A DNA stretch of 64,000 nt from an uncultured Gammaproteobacteria bacterium (GTDB lineage Bacteria; Patescibacteriota; Patescibacteriia; Veblenbacterales; UBA10138). Where the stretch lies: positions 367,463 through 431,462 of the forward strand of contig CAYGDX010000001.1 of assembly GCA_964348825.1 (NCBI GenBank), given 5' to 3'. The notes beneath the pieces are model-generated. The model was not told the DNA's origin. It made no database searches and worked only from the letters and a program-made list of their open reading frames with translations. The position numbers were made by a program, and so were the translations under genes. Shown in pieces: positions 18,563-28,108 of this stretch (position 1 is its first letter; each line of letters opens with the position of its first letter).

Positions 18563-19717
18563 TTACGACAACATTCTTGGCAATTGTGGATTAATTCGTG
18601 TGACCACTTCGTAATTAATCGTTTCAGTAAGTATAGCGATTTCATCAGCAGTAATTTCCTCTGCCTTTTGTTTGCCAATTAATACTACTTCATCCCCCAC
18701 CTTAACATTTGGAACTTCTGTTACATCTACCATTGTAATATTCATACAAATTTTACCAATAATTTTACACTTTGTCCCGTGAATGATTACTGATCCACGA
18801 TTGGAAAGCTTTCGATCATAGCCGTCGAAGTACCCAATCGGTAGTGTAGCCATCACCGTTGGGCGTTTAGTAATAAATGAGCAATCATAACCCACCGGTG
18901 TTTTAGCTGGCAGGTTTTGAATTTGAATTACTTGTGTTTTCCAAGTGAGCGCTGGTTTTAAATCAAAATTAGGATGATTTTTTTGTACCATTTGTTTGTT
19001 ATCGTCACTAGGCCACAAGCCATACAAACCAATACCAAGTCGCACTAAATTGTGTTGTGATTTAGGTGCGGTAGTAATAGCGGCCGTACAAGCCGTATGT
19101 TCATATAAATCTTTTGGTAGCAATTTTTTAACTTTATTTAAAAATTCGTTAAAATTATTTAGTTGCTCGTTTAAAAACCAATGATCTTGTGATTCAGCAG
19201 TGGCAAAATGCGTGGCAATACCTTCTAATTGTAAATAGGATGAATTTAAAATTCGCTTTAAAAAAATAGTAGCTTGTTCGGCATTTAATCCTAATCGCGC
19301 CATGCCAGTTTCAAGTTTTAAATGTACTCGAGCAACTTTACCGCATTTTTTAGCTGCTTGCTCTAAAGCTTTTAATTGTTCTTCTTCGTACACAGCAAAA
19401 GAAATTTTTTGCGATAAGGCGGTAATTAAATCATGACTAATAAAAGGGCGGAAATAACTTAATACTAAAATTGGTAAATTAATTCCGCTTTGTCTTAAAG
19501 CTAGTGCTTCATTTAAACCCGCTACGCCCAGCATATCTACTTGATGCGACCTTTCACAAACTCGCGCTGCGAGCTCTAAACCGTGACCGTAAGCATTTGA
19601 TTTTACCACGGCTAAAAGTTTTACGCCGCGACCCAATAAACGACGATGGGCACGAATGTTTGAAATAAGTGCCCGCTGTGAAATTTCTAGCCAAGAATAG
19701 TGGGGAGATTTTGTCAT
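18563..19717 (-). CDS. alr: Alanine racemase
   Basis: PLP-lysine motif AVVKSNAYGHG and a C-terminal beta-domain. Confidence 0.85.
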   Translation of the reverse strand: MTKSPHYSWLEISQRALISNIRAHRRLLGRGVKLLAVVKSNAYGHGLELAARVCERSHQVDMLGVAGLNEALALRQSGINLPILVLSYFRPFISHDLITALSQKISFAVYEEEQLKALEQAAKKCGKVARVHLKLETGMARLGLNAEQATIFLKRILNSSYLQLEGIATHFATAESQDHWFLNEQLNNFNEFLNKVKKLLPKDLYEHTACTAAITTAPKSQHNLVRLGIGLYGLWPSDDNKQMVQKNHPNFDLKPALTWKTQVIQIQNLPAKTPVGYDCSFITKRPTVMATLPIGYFDGYDRKLSNRGSVIIHGTKCKIIGKICMNITMVDVTEVPNVKVGDEVVLIGKQKAEEITADEIAILTETINYEVVTRINPQLPRMLS

Positions 19718-19733
19718 GATTTATCATTTAAAT

Positions 19734-20186
19734 TTATGAATATTTTTTATTATTAAAATATTCTTTCCAACTACGTATATAGATTATATTGATAATAATG
19801 CTACTCCAAAAAAACAACATACCAAGAGGGATTAACATAATATAATATAATGATACATATGATATACTACTACTGAAAGGCAATCCAAAAAAACTTATGG
19901 TATCTAAAAATAATGACACCCCACCTTCTGTAGGTATAAAAATACTTGATAATATGACAATACAAACTAGTATTAATAAATTTAATCCTAATTTTCTACC
20001 CTTTAATAATAAAATACTGGAAATTGTAATACCAATGGAATTTATTAAATAGTAAAGAAAATAAAAAAATATCGCAGACCGTGAACCATCACTGAATATA
20101 TTATAAAATGACACACTTAAAATAATTCCAATTACCCCGCCTAATAACAATAAATACGATATTATTTTGAACTTACGTGGTAGCAT
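19734..20186 (-). CDS. Hypothetical integral membrane protein
   Basis: Highly hydrophobic. The track ORF runs to 20258, but the likely start is the ATG at 20184-20186 (MLPRKFKI), which avoids overlap with serS. Confidence 0.4.
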   Translation of the reverse strand: MLPRKFKIISYLLLLGGVIGIILSVSFYNIFSDGSRSAIFFYFLYYLINSIGITISSILLLKGRKLGLNLLILVCIVILSSIFIPTEGGVSLFLDTISFFGLPFSSSISYVSLYYIMLIPLGMLFFWSSIIINIIYIRSWKEYFNNKKYS

Positions 20187-20190
20187 ATAA

Positions 20191-21477
20191 TTAACTCTTA
20201 ATAATTGTTTTATTGGGCATGTACGACTGGAGCACTTCTGGAATTTTAATTGAGCCATCTGCTTGCTGATAATTTTCTATAATCGCAATAATAGTTCGGC
20301 CAATGGCAAATACCGTGGCATCTACCATATGTACGAATTCTGCTTTGTTGCCCAGCTTAACTTTTGTTCCCAAACGACGGGCTTGATAATCAGTGTTTAA
20401 ATCAGAGGTGGTAGTTTCACGATAAGTGCCTTGCCCCGGCATCCAAGAGTTAATATCAATTTGTCGAGCATCTGGCCCGCCCATATCACCCGTACAAATA
20501 CTAATCACCTGATACGGAATGCCAAGTTGTTGTAATAAATATTCTTGAATCGCTACGGTAAAATCTTGCTCGGCGCGTGAATTTTCCGGCAAGCAAAATA
20601 TTTCCATTTCTAATTTATCAAATTGATGAACGCGTAAAATACCTTTTGTATCTTTACCATAAGTGCCTGATTCGCGGCGAAAAGCACTAGAAAAACCAGC
20701 ATAGCGAATTGGTAAATCTTTGGCCTCAAAAGTGTGATCCATATGCATAGGCCCTAAAGTATGCTCAGCTGAGCCAACCAACCACAAATCGTCCGATGGT
20801 ATATGATAGCGATCATCGCTTGGATCAAGTCGTGCCATTTTACGATACACTTCTTCGCGTAACATAACAGGTGGCACTACCGGCATAAATGGTTTAGTGC
20901 TTATGGCTGTTAAATTATTTGCTTCAGCAATTTTAGCTAATACATTGGAATCTGTTAAAACAGAATATCCAAATTGAATAAGCGCAAATTCAAGTAGCGC
21001 CGCATCGCCTTTTAAATAACCAAAACGACTGCCGGAAACTTCCGCCGCAGTTTTAACATCAATAATATCTAACTCTTCGGCGATGGTTAAATAATCTTTA
21101 GGCGTGAAATCAAATTTTCGTTTCTCCCCTACTTCACGAGCTACTACATTATCAGCTTCAGATTTACCAATCGGCACATCATCAAATGGGATATTCGGCA
21201 CCTTGTACATCAACTCTTGAAGATTTGCGGATAATTCATTATATGTTTTTTCCAAACTCTGTATGGCGGTTTTTAAAGTTTTAAGCTCGGCTGATTCACC
21301 ACGCGCTTCTTTGCTTTTAATTTTTTGCTCCGCGCGCTTTTGCTCCAGTTCCACTTGCACCACCCGCGCTTCGGCATCTATTTTTAAAAGCTCATCAATG
21401 TCAACTTTGCCGTTCTTATTTAGAACGGCTTTTTTTACTATTTTTGGATTTTCACGAATGAATTTAATGTCTAACAT
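20191..21477 (-). CDS. serS: Seryl-tRNA synthetase
   Basis: N-terminal coiled coil plus class II motifs (FRRE...GILRVHQF, GRTIIAIIENYQ). Confidence 0.9.
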   Translation of the reverse strand: MLDIKFIRENPKIVKKAVLNKNGKVDIDELLKIDAEARVVQVELEQKRAEQKIKSKEARGESAELKTLKTAIQSLEKTYNELSANLQELMYKVPNIPFDDVPIGKSEADNVVAREVGEKRKFDFTPKDYLTIAEELDIIDVKTAAEVSGSRFGYLKGDAALLEFALIQFGYSVLTDSNVLAKIAEANNLTAISTKPFMPVVPPVMLREEVYRKMARLDPSDDRYHIPSDDLWLVGSAEHTLGPMHMDHTFEAKDLPIRYAGFSSAFRRESGTYGKDTKGILRVHQFDKLEMEIFCLPENSRAEQDFTVAIQEYLLQQLGIPYQVISICTGDMGGPDARQIDINSWMPGQGTYRETTTSDLNTDYQARRLGTKVKLGNKAEFVHMVDATVFAIGRTIIAIIENYQQADGSIKIPEVLQSYMPNKTIIKS

Positions 21478-21478
21478 A

Positions 21479-21988
21479 TTAATTTACTCTAACTGATATA
21501 GTTTTAAGCTTATCAAGCGATATACCCATACTAGCAATTTCTTCAGCTTTTTTCAACTCTTCCTCTATCCCAACGTGTTTAATGTTTTTTAAGTCATCAA
21601 GGCTCACCCACTGATAATCTGTAAAATCATTTTGGTCAATTATAACTTTTGAATCATTCTTCACCTCGCATAAGTAGGACCACACTTTACTAGTTTGACC
21701 GTCGGGGCGTACAAAACTTTTATCTTTAAGCAAAATCTTGCCGGGTTTAAGCGTAAGACCGGCTTCTTCTTGCGCTTCTCTGACTAAAGTTTCCTCTACG
21801 GTATCATTACCTTCTATTTTTCCACCGGGAAACGTGTACATATCTGGGTAGGCCAATTCATGCTCGGCTCGTTTCAAAACTAAATACTTACCAACTGAAT
21901 TCCTGATGACGGCGACTACTGTTACACTGTGTAATTTATTATTGGACATAAAAATTATTCCATCTTCTCTATCGCCCCAATTACCCAC
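21479..21988 (-). CDS. NUDIX hydrolase
   Basis: Nudix box GGKIEGNDTVEETLVREAQEEAG. Confidence 0.75.
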   Translation of the reverse strand: MGNWGDREDGIIFMSNNKLHSVTVVAVIRNSVGKYLVLKRAEHELAYPDMYTFPGGKIEGNDTVEETLVREAQEEAGLTLKPGKILLKDKSFVRPDGQTSKVWSYLCEVKNDSKVIIDQNDFTDYQWVSLDDLKNIKHVGIEEELKKAEEIASMGISLDKLKTISVRVN

Positions 21989-22365
21989 TCGCTCCTCAAT
22001 TTATCTTTCATCTGATAAATTTCATCCTTCGTAAACCACTTGGCATCCATTATTTCATCCTCAGGAATTTTTAACTCACCACCGGAAATCGTAGCTTCAA
22101 ATGCATGTTTAGGTGGAGTGTTTGTAGTATCTTGAAAAATACCTAATTTTTTAATTAATTTAACATCATAACCACATTCTTCTTTCGCTTCTTTAATAGC
22201 TGTTTGTTCAATCGTATCGCCTTGTTCTACTCTACCTGCTGGCCAATTCCATAAACCATACGCTTTAGGTTGTTTTTCTTGAATTAACAAAAATTTGTTA
22301 TTTTTTTTGATAACTACCCCAGCCACAATAGGTACTAGTATTGGATCAAATTTATTATTTTCCAT
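21955..22365 (-). CDS. NUDIX hydrolase
   Basis: Nudix box GRVEQGDTIEQTAIKEAKEECG. It overlaps the previous NUDIX gene. Confidence 0.75.
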   Translation of the reverse strand: MENNKFDPILVPIVAGVVIKKNNKFLLIQEKQPKAYGLWNWPAGRVEQGDTIEQTAIKEAKEECGYDVKLIKKLGIFQDTTNTPPKHAFEATISGGELKIPEDEIMDAKWFTKDEIYQMKDKLRSEWVIGAIEKME

Positions 22366-22384
22366 AAATTAAAATTAGTTTTCT

Positions 22385-22413
22385 GGATCCCCGCCTGCGC
22401 GGGGATGACAATT
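22385..22413. repeat. Conserved 29-nt GC hairpin motif GGATCCCCGCCTGCGCGGGGATGACAATT (copy 2)
   Basis: Identical to the 7621-7649 copy at 27 of 29 positions, with a compensatory stem change. It overlaps the stop codon of the HD-domain gene. Confidence 0.6.
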
Positions 22414-22966
22414 AAAGTCCAAGTGATAGTGCTATTTCTTGCATAGCTTTAAGCTCTATTTCAATTAACTGGTCAAGGGTTAAACCAATCATTACATCGC
22501 ACTTCGCTATGATTTCACGATTCACACCCGAAGCAAACGATTTGTCTTTGAATTTCTTTTTAACTGATGAAACTTTTACGCTAGCGAGTTTTTTATCTGG
22601 TTGTACAAAAGCGCAAGCAATTATTAAGCCAGTTAATTCTTCTGCACACCACAAAGCTTTTTCCATCAACGTTTCAGGTGTAAATCCGTGAGTGTGGTTA
22701 TGAACTTTAACTGCTTTTACAATTTCTGGCGCAAGTCCTGCTTCAGCCAGCCACTGGGCACCCACCAAAGAATGTTTCTCTGGTTCGCTTTCCGTTGATT
22801 CCCAATCAATATCATGCGTAAGCCCAGCTAACCCCCACATTTCCTCATTCTCACCAAAATGACGTGCTAGCGCTCGCATTATGCTTTCCGAAGCTAGTAA
22901 GTGCGTACGCAAAAAATTACCTTGTACTTTACTCTGCACTAATTCCCAAGCTTCTGCACGCGTCAT
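22412..22966 (-). CDS. HD-domain metal-dependent phosphohydrolase
   Basis: H...HD...D motif pattern (LTHDIDWES, HNHTHG). Confidence 0.6.
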   Translation of the reverse strand: MTRAEAWELVQSKVQGNFLRTHLLASESIMRALARHFGENEEMWGLAGLTHDIDWESTESEPEKHSLVGAQWLAEAGLAPEIVKAVKVHNHTHGFTPETLMEKALWCAEELTGLIIACAFVQPDKKLASVKVSSVKKKFKDKSFASGVNREIIAKCDVMIGLTLDQLIEIELKAMQEIALSLGL

Positions 22967-23340
22967 ATTAAATTACCTCGAGTTATAATTTGATACAAGG
23001 CTAATATTGTAATTACAGAAGTTGCTATTAACAAAAAATAATCAATAATTTTTTCTAACGTTGGATATTTTTTAGCGCTGTTATCTAATATTACCGCTAT
23101 TATGTAAGTCAGCACCACTGTATTAGCAATACCGATAAAATTTATATCAGCTGGTGTAATACATACGCCATTATTTAGTACTACTGGATATTTGATTGGC
23201 AGTTGACATTTGATTGTTTGGTAATTGAAAAAATTAAACCAAGTGTACTTTTGAAATTGAATAATAATAGCAAATATCACCAAATCCAAAATCAAAAACG
23301 CTTTTCTAATACTAAGCGCTAAAAATTTAAATCTCCCCAT
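22963..23340 (-). CDS. Hypothetical membrane protein
   Basis: 125 aa with three hydrophobic helices. Confidence 0.35.
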   Translation of the reverse strand: MGRFKFLALSIRKAFLILDLVIFAIIIQFQKYTWFNFFNYQTIKCQLPIKYPVVLNNGVCITPADINFIGIANTVVLTYIIAVILDNSAKKYPTLEKIIDYFLLIATSVITILALYQIITRGNLI

Positions 23341-23356
23341 ATCTTTATTTTAAAAT

Positions 23357-23581
23357 TTAACGAATAAAAACCATTAAAATCCAAAAAGCGCCGAGCACTA
23401 TCATTAACCAAGCAATAGCCCGATTTAATTTTATAGTAGTTGGGTCGGGTTCTTTGGGGGCACTTCTTAGTTTGTTGCCCAAATCAAGTATTTGCCTAAT
23501 AAATTTTTCTCTGGAATATACCACACCTAATATTATTAAAAATACTCCGTATATTATAGCGCTCGTGGATTCTGTATTCAT
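23357..23581 (-). CDS. Small membrane protein, hypothetical
   Basis: 74 aa with two TM helices. Confidence 0.35.
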   Translation of the reverse strand: MNTESTSAIIYGVFLIILGVVYSREKFIRQILDLGNKLRSAPKEPDPTTIKLNRAIAWLMIVLGAFWILMVFIR

Positions 23582-23601
23582 TGATTTGTTAATTTAAAAA
23601 A

Positions 23602-25089
23602 TTATTTACTCCTCATTGGTGGGAAGATTACAGTTTCTCGAATTGGTTTATCTACAATAAAACTAAATAAACGTTCGGAAAAGCCAAATCCAGCCGCGGG
23701 CGGCATACCGTATTCCAAGGCGGTTACAAAATCTTCATCCATCATTTGCGCTTCATTGTCCCCTGCTTCCCTAAGCTTCATTTGCCCTTCAAAACGTTCT
23801 CTTTGATCAAATGGGTCATTCAGCTCAGACCAGCCATTACCAAGCTCACTCCCTGCCACAATCACCTGCATACGTTGCACACGACCTTCCAAAGTATCGT
23901 GCTTTTTAGCGAGTGGCGAAACTTCAATTGGGTGATTAATTAAGAATAATGGCCCCAAAACTTTCGGTCGCACTAATTTTTTCCAAAATAAATCAATCAG
24001 CCGCCCAGCGCCCATATTTTCGTCATAGCGCACTTTGTGTTTTTGTAAAAGTTTTTGTAATTGGGCAACTTCTGTGACACCGGCTAAATCCTCACCCGAA
24101 ATTTCTTTAATTAATTCAAAATAATCTTTACGTGGCCAAGTGCCACTCCAATCAATTTCTTTGCCGTCGTAAACTGTTTTAAGTCCGCCTGAAACTTCTT
24201 CCACAATATGCTGATATAATTTTTCTGTTAAATCCATTAAATTATTATAATCGGCATAGGCCCAATAAAATTCACAAGTATCGTAGTCCTGCAAATGTTC
24301 AGTATCAATACCTTCATTGCGAAATACTTTACCTATTTCGTACACTTTTTCAAAACCACCAACTAGCAATCGCTTAAGTGGCAGTTCTAAAGAGATGCGT
24401 AAATAAAAATTTTGATCCAAAGCATCGTGATGAGTAATAAATGGATTAGCGTCGGCTCCACCCGGTATTGCCTCAAGCGCCGGAGTTTGCACTTCCATAA
24501 AATTTGTTTTCGCAAAAAATTCTCGTGCCGCTTGCCAGTACTTAGCTTTTTTAATAAATAGTTCACGCGTTTCAACGCTAGTCATTAAATCTAAATAACG
24601 TTGCCTAAGTCGCGCTTCAATATCTTTAAGCCCGTGCCATTTTTCTGGTAGCGGATGTAAACATTTACTAAGTGGTGTAACCGAAGTTGCAAGAATGGTA
24701 ATTTCACCGCGTTTAGTTTTAACCAGTGGCCCACTCACGCCCACAATATCGCCCATATCAAATAAATTTACTAACTCCCAAGATTTTTTATCTAAGGCCG
24801 ATTCTAAAAATGCTACTTGAATTTTTCCGGCCGTATCTTGAAGTGTGGCAAATACTAATTGCCCGTGCGGACGAATTGTCATTAGCCGCCCAGCCGATGT
24901 AGCCATCACCGATTTTGGTACTTCAGCACCTTCTAAAATCGGTAAATCCTTACCTTCAACTAAAGCTAAAATATCAGCGGTAGAGTGTTCCTTATTAAAA
25001 ATTGCTGGGTACAAAGCAAAACCTAAAGTGCGCCAAGCATCCAAATGCTCTTTTCTGCTTTGCAATTCTTGTTGTTCTCGTGTAGACAT
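23602..25089 (-). CDS. lysS: Lysyl-tRNA synthetase, class II
   Basis: N-terminal OB anticodon-binding domain and class II motifs (FRNEG, GGADANPF, GFGFSERL). Confidence 0.9.
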   Translation of the reverse strand: MSTREQQELQSRKEHLDAWRTLGFALYPAIFNKEHSTADILALVEGKDLPILEGAEVPKSVMATSAGRLMTIRPHGQLVFATLQDTAGKIQVAFLESALDKKSWELVNLFDMGDIVGVSGPLVKTKRGEITILATSVTPLSKCLHPLPEKWHGLKDIEARLRQRYLDLMTSVETRELFIKKAKYWQAAREFFAKTNFMEVQTPALEAIPGGADANPFITHHDALDQNFYLRISLELPLKRLLVGGFEKVYEIGKVFRNEGIDTEHLQDYDTCEFYWAYADYNNLMDLTEKLYQHIVEEVSGGLKTVYDGKEIDWSGTWPRKDYFELIKEISGEDLAGVTEVAQLQKLLQKHKVRYDENMGAGRLIDLFWKKLVRPKVLGPLFLINHPIEVSPLAKKHDTLEGRVQRMQVIVAGSELGNGWSELNDPFDQRERFEGQMKLREAGDNEAQMMDEDFVTALEYGMPPAAGFGFSERLFSFIVDKPIRETVIFPPMRSK

Positions 25090-25130
25090 GACTATATAGT
25101 AACAAAATTACTAATTTTAGCAATATCACA

Positions 25131-25184
25131 AAATAAAAAACCGCCTCAACCTTTGTATTTTCATACAAAAATTGTGACGGTTAA
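25131..25184 (-). terminator. Putative intrinsic terminator after the 189-aa gene
   Basis: Imperfect inverted repeat AACCGCCTCAA...TTGTGACGGTT with a nested TTTGTAT...ATACAAA palindrome and a minus-strand T-run. Confidence 0.4.
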
Positions 25185-25203
25185 CTCAGCTATTTACATA
25201 GCC

Positions 25204-25773
25204 TTATTTTGTTACAGTGATTTCATTAAATACCACTTGAGTATGTTCCGGGTTAGCAAACTTCGCCATAAAAAGCCGAATATTGGCTTTAACGAAGTCC
25301 ATTTCCAGAACAGTTTTAGCGGTACTAATAAGATCAACCTTTTGACGATCAAGTAATGAAACAAACCGTCGTAAGAACATACTACCTATTTTTTCCTGCA
25401 AGAATTTATAAGCGGCACAATCTTCGTGGTTTATTAAAATTACCGTACCAATGGTTGGAAAATGTTTGAGTAAGAACTCAATCTGATCTTTAGCTACCTT
25501 AAATTGCTTTGATAACGTTATCACATCAGTAAAACAACTTACTCCACCAGGAATCACCAAGTTAACGTATTCATCTTCCTTAAAACCAAGACACCCCTTA
25601 GCGCCATCGCCTTCAATAAAATTTCGAAACGCTTTTCGAAACCTTACATCGGCACAATGTACAATAAGTGCTTTGGGTTTTGGATTTACAACAACTGGAA
25701 AGATTACTTGGACTGATTCTGACGTAACATCTCCAACCCTATCTCTGGTTGTGGTGTTAACTGTTTTCATCAT
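25204..25773 (-). CDS. Hypothetical protein with divergent beta-carbonic-anhydrase-like motifs
   Basis: VHCADVRF (CxDxR) and INHEDCAA (HxxC) resemble the beta-CA Zn-ligand motifs. The assignment is tentative. Confidence 0.3.
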   Translation of the reverse strand: MMKTVNTTTRDRVGDVTSESVQVIFPVVVNPKPKALIVHCADVRFRKAFRNFIEGDGAKGCLGFKEDEYVNLVIPGGVSCFTDVITLSKQFKVAKDQIEFLLKHFPTIGTVILINHEDCAAYKFLQEKIGSMFLRRFVSLLDRQKVDLISTAKTVLEMDFVKANIRLFMAKFANPEHTQVVFNEITVTK

Positions 25774-25779
25774 ATCTCC

Positions 25780-27501
25780 TTAAGCTTCAACTACGGTTGG
25801 CGTTTTTTCTTCAGATTTTACACCCAATCCGGGGAATAGCCGCTCGATATCTTCAGTTTTGATACCAATTTTCTCGAGCATACCGGAGATGTCCATATTC
25901 ATTGCTTTCATTTGGGCGAACATTTTGAAGACGAGATTTGGAATCAGCATTGACATACGTTCAACGCTACCATTGCCGTCTTTACCACCACCCATATCAA
26001 CAATGTTGATGTTGTCAACGTTACTGAGTCCAGCGCCGGCAGATTTGAAGATACTTTCCATAATTTTCGCTCCAGCTTCACCGGTTTGTTCAATGAGAAT
26101 CGGCAAACGGTCAAGAATGAGAATCAATTTTGCTTGATCACTCATTTTTTCCATTGCTTTCTGCATAGCTTCAACGCCAGCTGCTTCAGCAAGAAGTGAT
26201 TGTCTACGACCTTCGGCTGTAGCGAGTAACTTGGCTTTATCACCTTCAGCTTCGGCAGTAAGTTTTGCCCTCAAACCATCCGCATCAGCAAGTAAACCCG
26301 CCTTCTTTCCGTCAGCTTCGGCAGTAAGTTTTGCTTTTTGACCTTCACCTTCGTTGGTGTCAGCTTCTTTTTGAGCCAATGCTTTCGTCTTCATAGCTTC
26401 ACCTGCCGCCTCTGCATCAATCACAGCTTTCTTCTTGTTGGCTGCGGCTTCAATCTCCAGCTTCTGTTGAGCCGCCTCTGCATTAATCACGGCAGCTTGC
26501 TTGTTGGCTTCGGCTTGTTTAATAACTGTAGCTTTTAAATGAGCTTCAACACGTGCACCTTCTTTTTCTTCAACCTTCAACTGCGCTTCTTTTTCTGCAG
26601 CATCTCGCTCCGCTTGCTTAATCTTCAAAGTTTTTTCCTGTTCCGCCGTAGCAATTGACATAGCTGTATTAGCCTCAGCCTGCTTGGTGTCACGTTCCAC
26701 TTGGTACGATGCTTTTTTAAGATCACGATCTTTTTCAGCCTCTGCAATTAAGGCTTCATTTTGTGCTTTTACTGTGGCAGCTTCTTTTGTTGCATTAGAA
26801 ACTTGTATCTCAGTATCTCTAGTAGCTTCCGCAACTTTAATATCAGCTTCTCTTTTTGCTTCAGCCACAGCTTTTTTACCAAGAGATTCAATATATCCTT
26901 CGGCGTCGTTGACATCCTTGATAACCAAATTGATGATTTGAATACCGAGACGTTTTAACTCTCCAGTTGATTCTTGAATTACCTTCTTGTTAAATTCATC
27001 ACGTTTACGGAGCAAATCATTGATATCGAGGTTGCCGATTATTGAACGCAAATGTCCTTGTAAAATATTTTTAACCAAGGTCTGAATTTCCGCCCCACTC
27101 TTACCAAGAAAGTTTTGAGCAGCATTTAAAAGATCTTCCGGAGTTATAGAAATATTACAAGTAGCAATTCCTTGAACATTAATTGGTACATTGTCCATAT
27201 TAGGAATGCCTTTTTCATTGATTTCAATTTGAAATGCTGAAGTGTCCATCTCCTGATAATTTTCAACAAACGGCATAACTATACCGCCACCTGAAGCAAC
27301 TACCCGGAAACCTTTTTCAACCATCTGGCCATCCGCACCTTTAAATTTACTTTTACGACCATAGAATATTCCGACCTTACCGGGAGGAATCTTCTTGTAG
27401 CGCCGAGATACAACATAGAATCCCATGAGGATCCCAACCCCGACAAGTAAAATCATAATCGGGACAAAAGTCCCTGAGAAAAAATCCATTACTTGGTTCA
27501 T
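25780..27501 (-). CDS. Flotillin-like SPFH/band-7 protein
   Basis: N-terminal TM segment, SPFH domain and a long Ala/Glu/Lys-rich coiled coil with EA repeats. Confidence 0.8.
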   Translation of the reverse strand: MNQVMDFFSGTFVPIMILLVGVGILMGFYVVSRRYKKIPPGKVGIFYGRKSKFKGADGQMVEKGFRVVASGGGIVMPFVENYQEMDTSAFQIEINEKGIPNMDNVPINVQGIATCNISITPEDLLNAAQNFLGKSGAEIQTLVKNILQGHLRSIIGNLDINDLLRKRDEFNKKVIQESTGELKRLGIQIINLVIKDVNDAEGYIESLGKKAVAEAKREADIKVAEATRDTEIQVSNATKEAATVKAQNEALIAEAEKDRDLKKASYQVERDTKQAEANTAMSIATAEQEKTLKIKQAERDAAEKEAQLKVEEKEGARVEAHLKATVIKQAEANKQAAVINAEAAQQKLEIEAAANKKKAVIDAEAAGEAMKTKALAQKEADTNEGEGQKAKLTAEADGKKAGLLADADGLRAKLTAEAEGDKAKLLATAEGRRQSLLAEAAGVEAMQKAMEKMSDQAKLILILDRLPILIEQTGEAGAKIMESIFKSAGAGLSNVDNINIVDMGGGKDGNGSVERMSMLIPNLVFKMFAQMKAMNMDISGMLEKIGIKTEDIERLFPGLGVKSEEKTPTVVEA

Positions 27502-27568
27502 TACTGTGTTCCTTAAATTATTTTATTGAATGTGAATTATTTTTTGATTTTTTAATGCTGTTGTAAAA

Positions 27569-28108
27569 CTACGAAAGTTTTGATTGAACGATTAACTCAC
27601 TACCAGCTACGCCAACAACTTCCACTGTTCTTCCGCGAAGAATTTCACTACCATCTTTTGATTTTGCAGTATAAGTGAGGTATGAGCCGTCGATAGTGAC
27701 ACCTACCTCACCATTGCTTTGAGCAGATATAGTAATTGTAACATTACCTATCTTACCCACTGCATTTTTCGTAGAAATAATAGAAGAAGCTTGCTGCTTA
27801 TACAGCAAGGCCATGAGTGAATACATAATTAATGAAAGTATAACAGCACTTCCAAGCCCCCAAATAGAGGAACTTATAATGCTTTCATCATTGTATCGAG
27901 CGATAGAGCCAGCCGCCCCAAATCCCATTAGAAAAGTTGATATAACCTTACTAGAGAATAAGGAGATAGTTGGCGCATCGTGTGAAACATCGTGATCTGT
28001 ATCATGATCAACACTTACTTCGTGCTCGACCTCGTGGTCGTGCCCAAAAAGTAAAGAGAAGACCAATCCTAACAAACCAACAAACGCCAATGCGACGAAT
28101 ATTAACAT
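27569..28108 (-). CDS. NfeD-like membrane protein (flotillin partner) with a His/Asp-rich segment
   Basis: TM helices plus a C-terminal OB-like beta domain. The HDHEVEHEVSVDHDTDHDVSHD region suggests metal binding. It is adjacent to the flotillin gene, as in NfeD-flotillin operons. Confidence 0.6.
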   Translation of the reverse strand: MLIFVALAFVGLLGLVFSLLFGHDHEVEHEVSVDHDTDHDVSHDAPTISLFSSKVISTFLMGFGAAGSIARYNDESIISSSIWGLGSAVILSLIMYSLMALLYKQQASSIISTKNAVGKIGNVTITISAQSNGEVGVTIDGSYLTYTAKSKDGSEILRGRTVEVVGVAGSELIVQSKLS

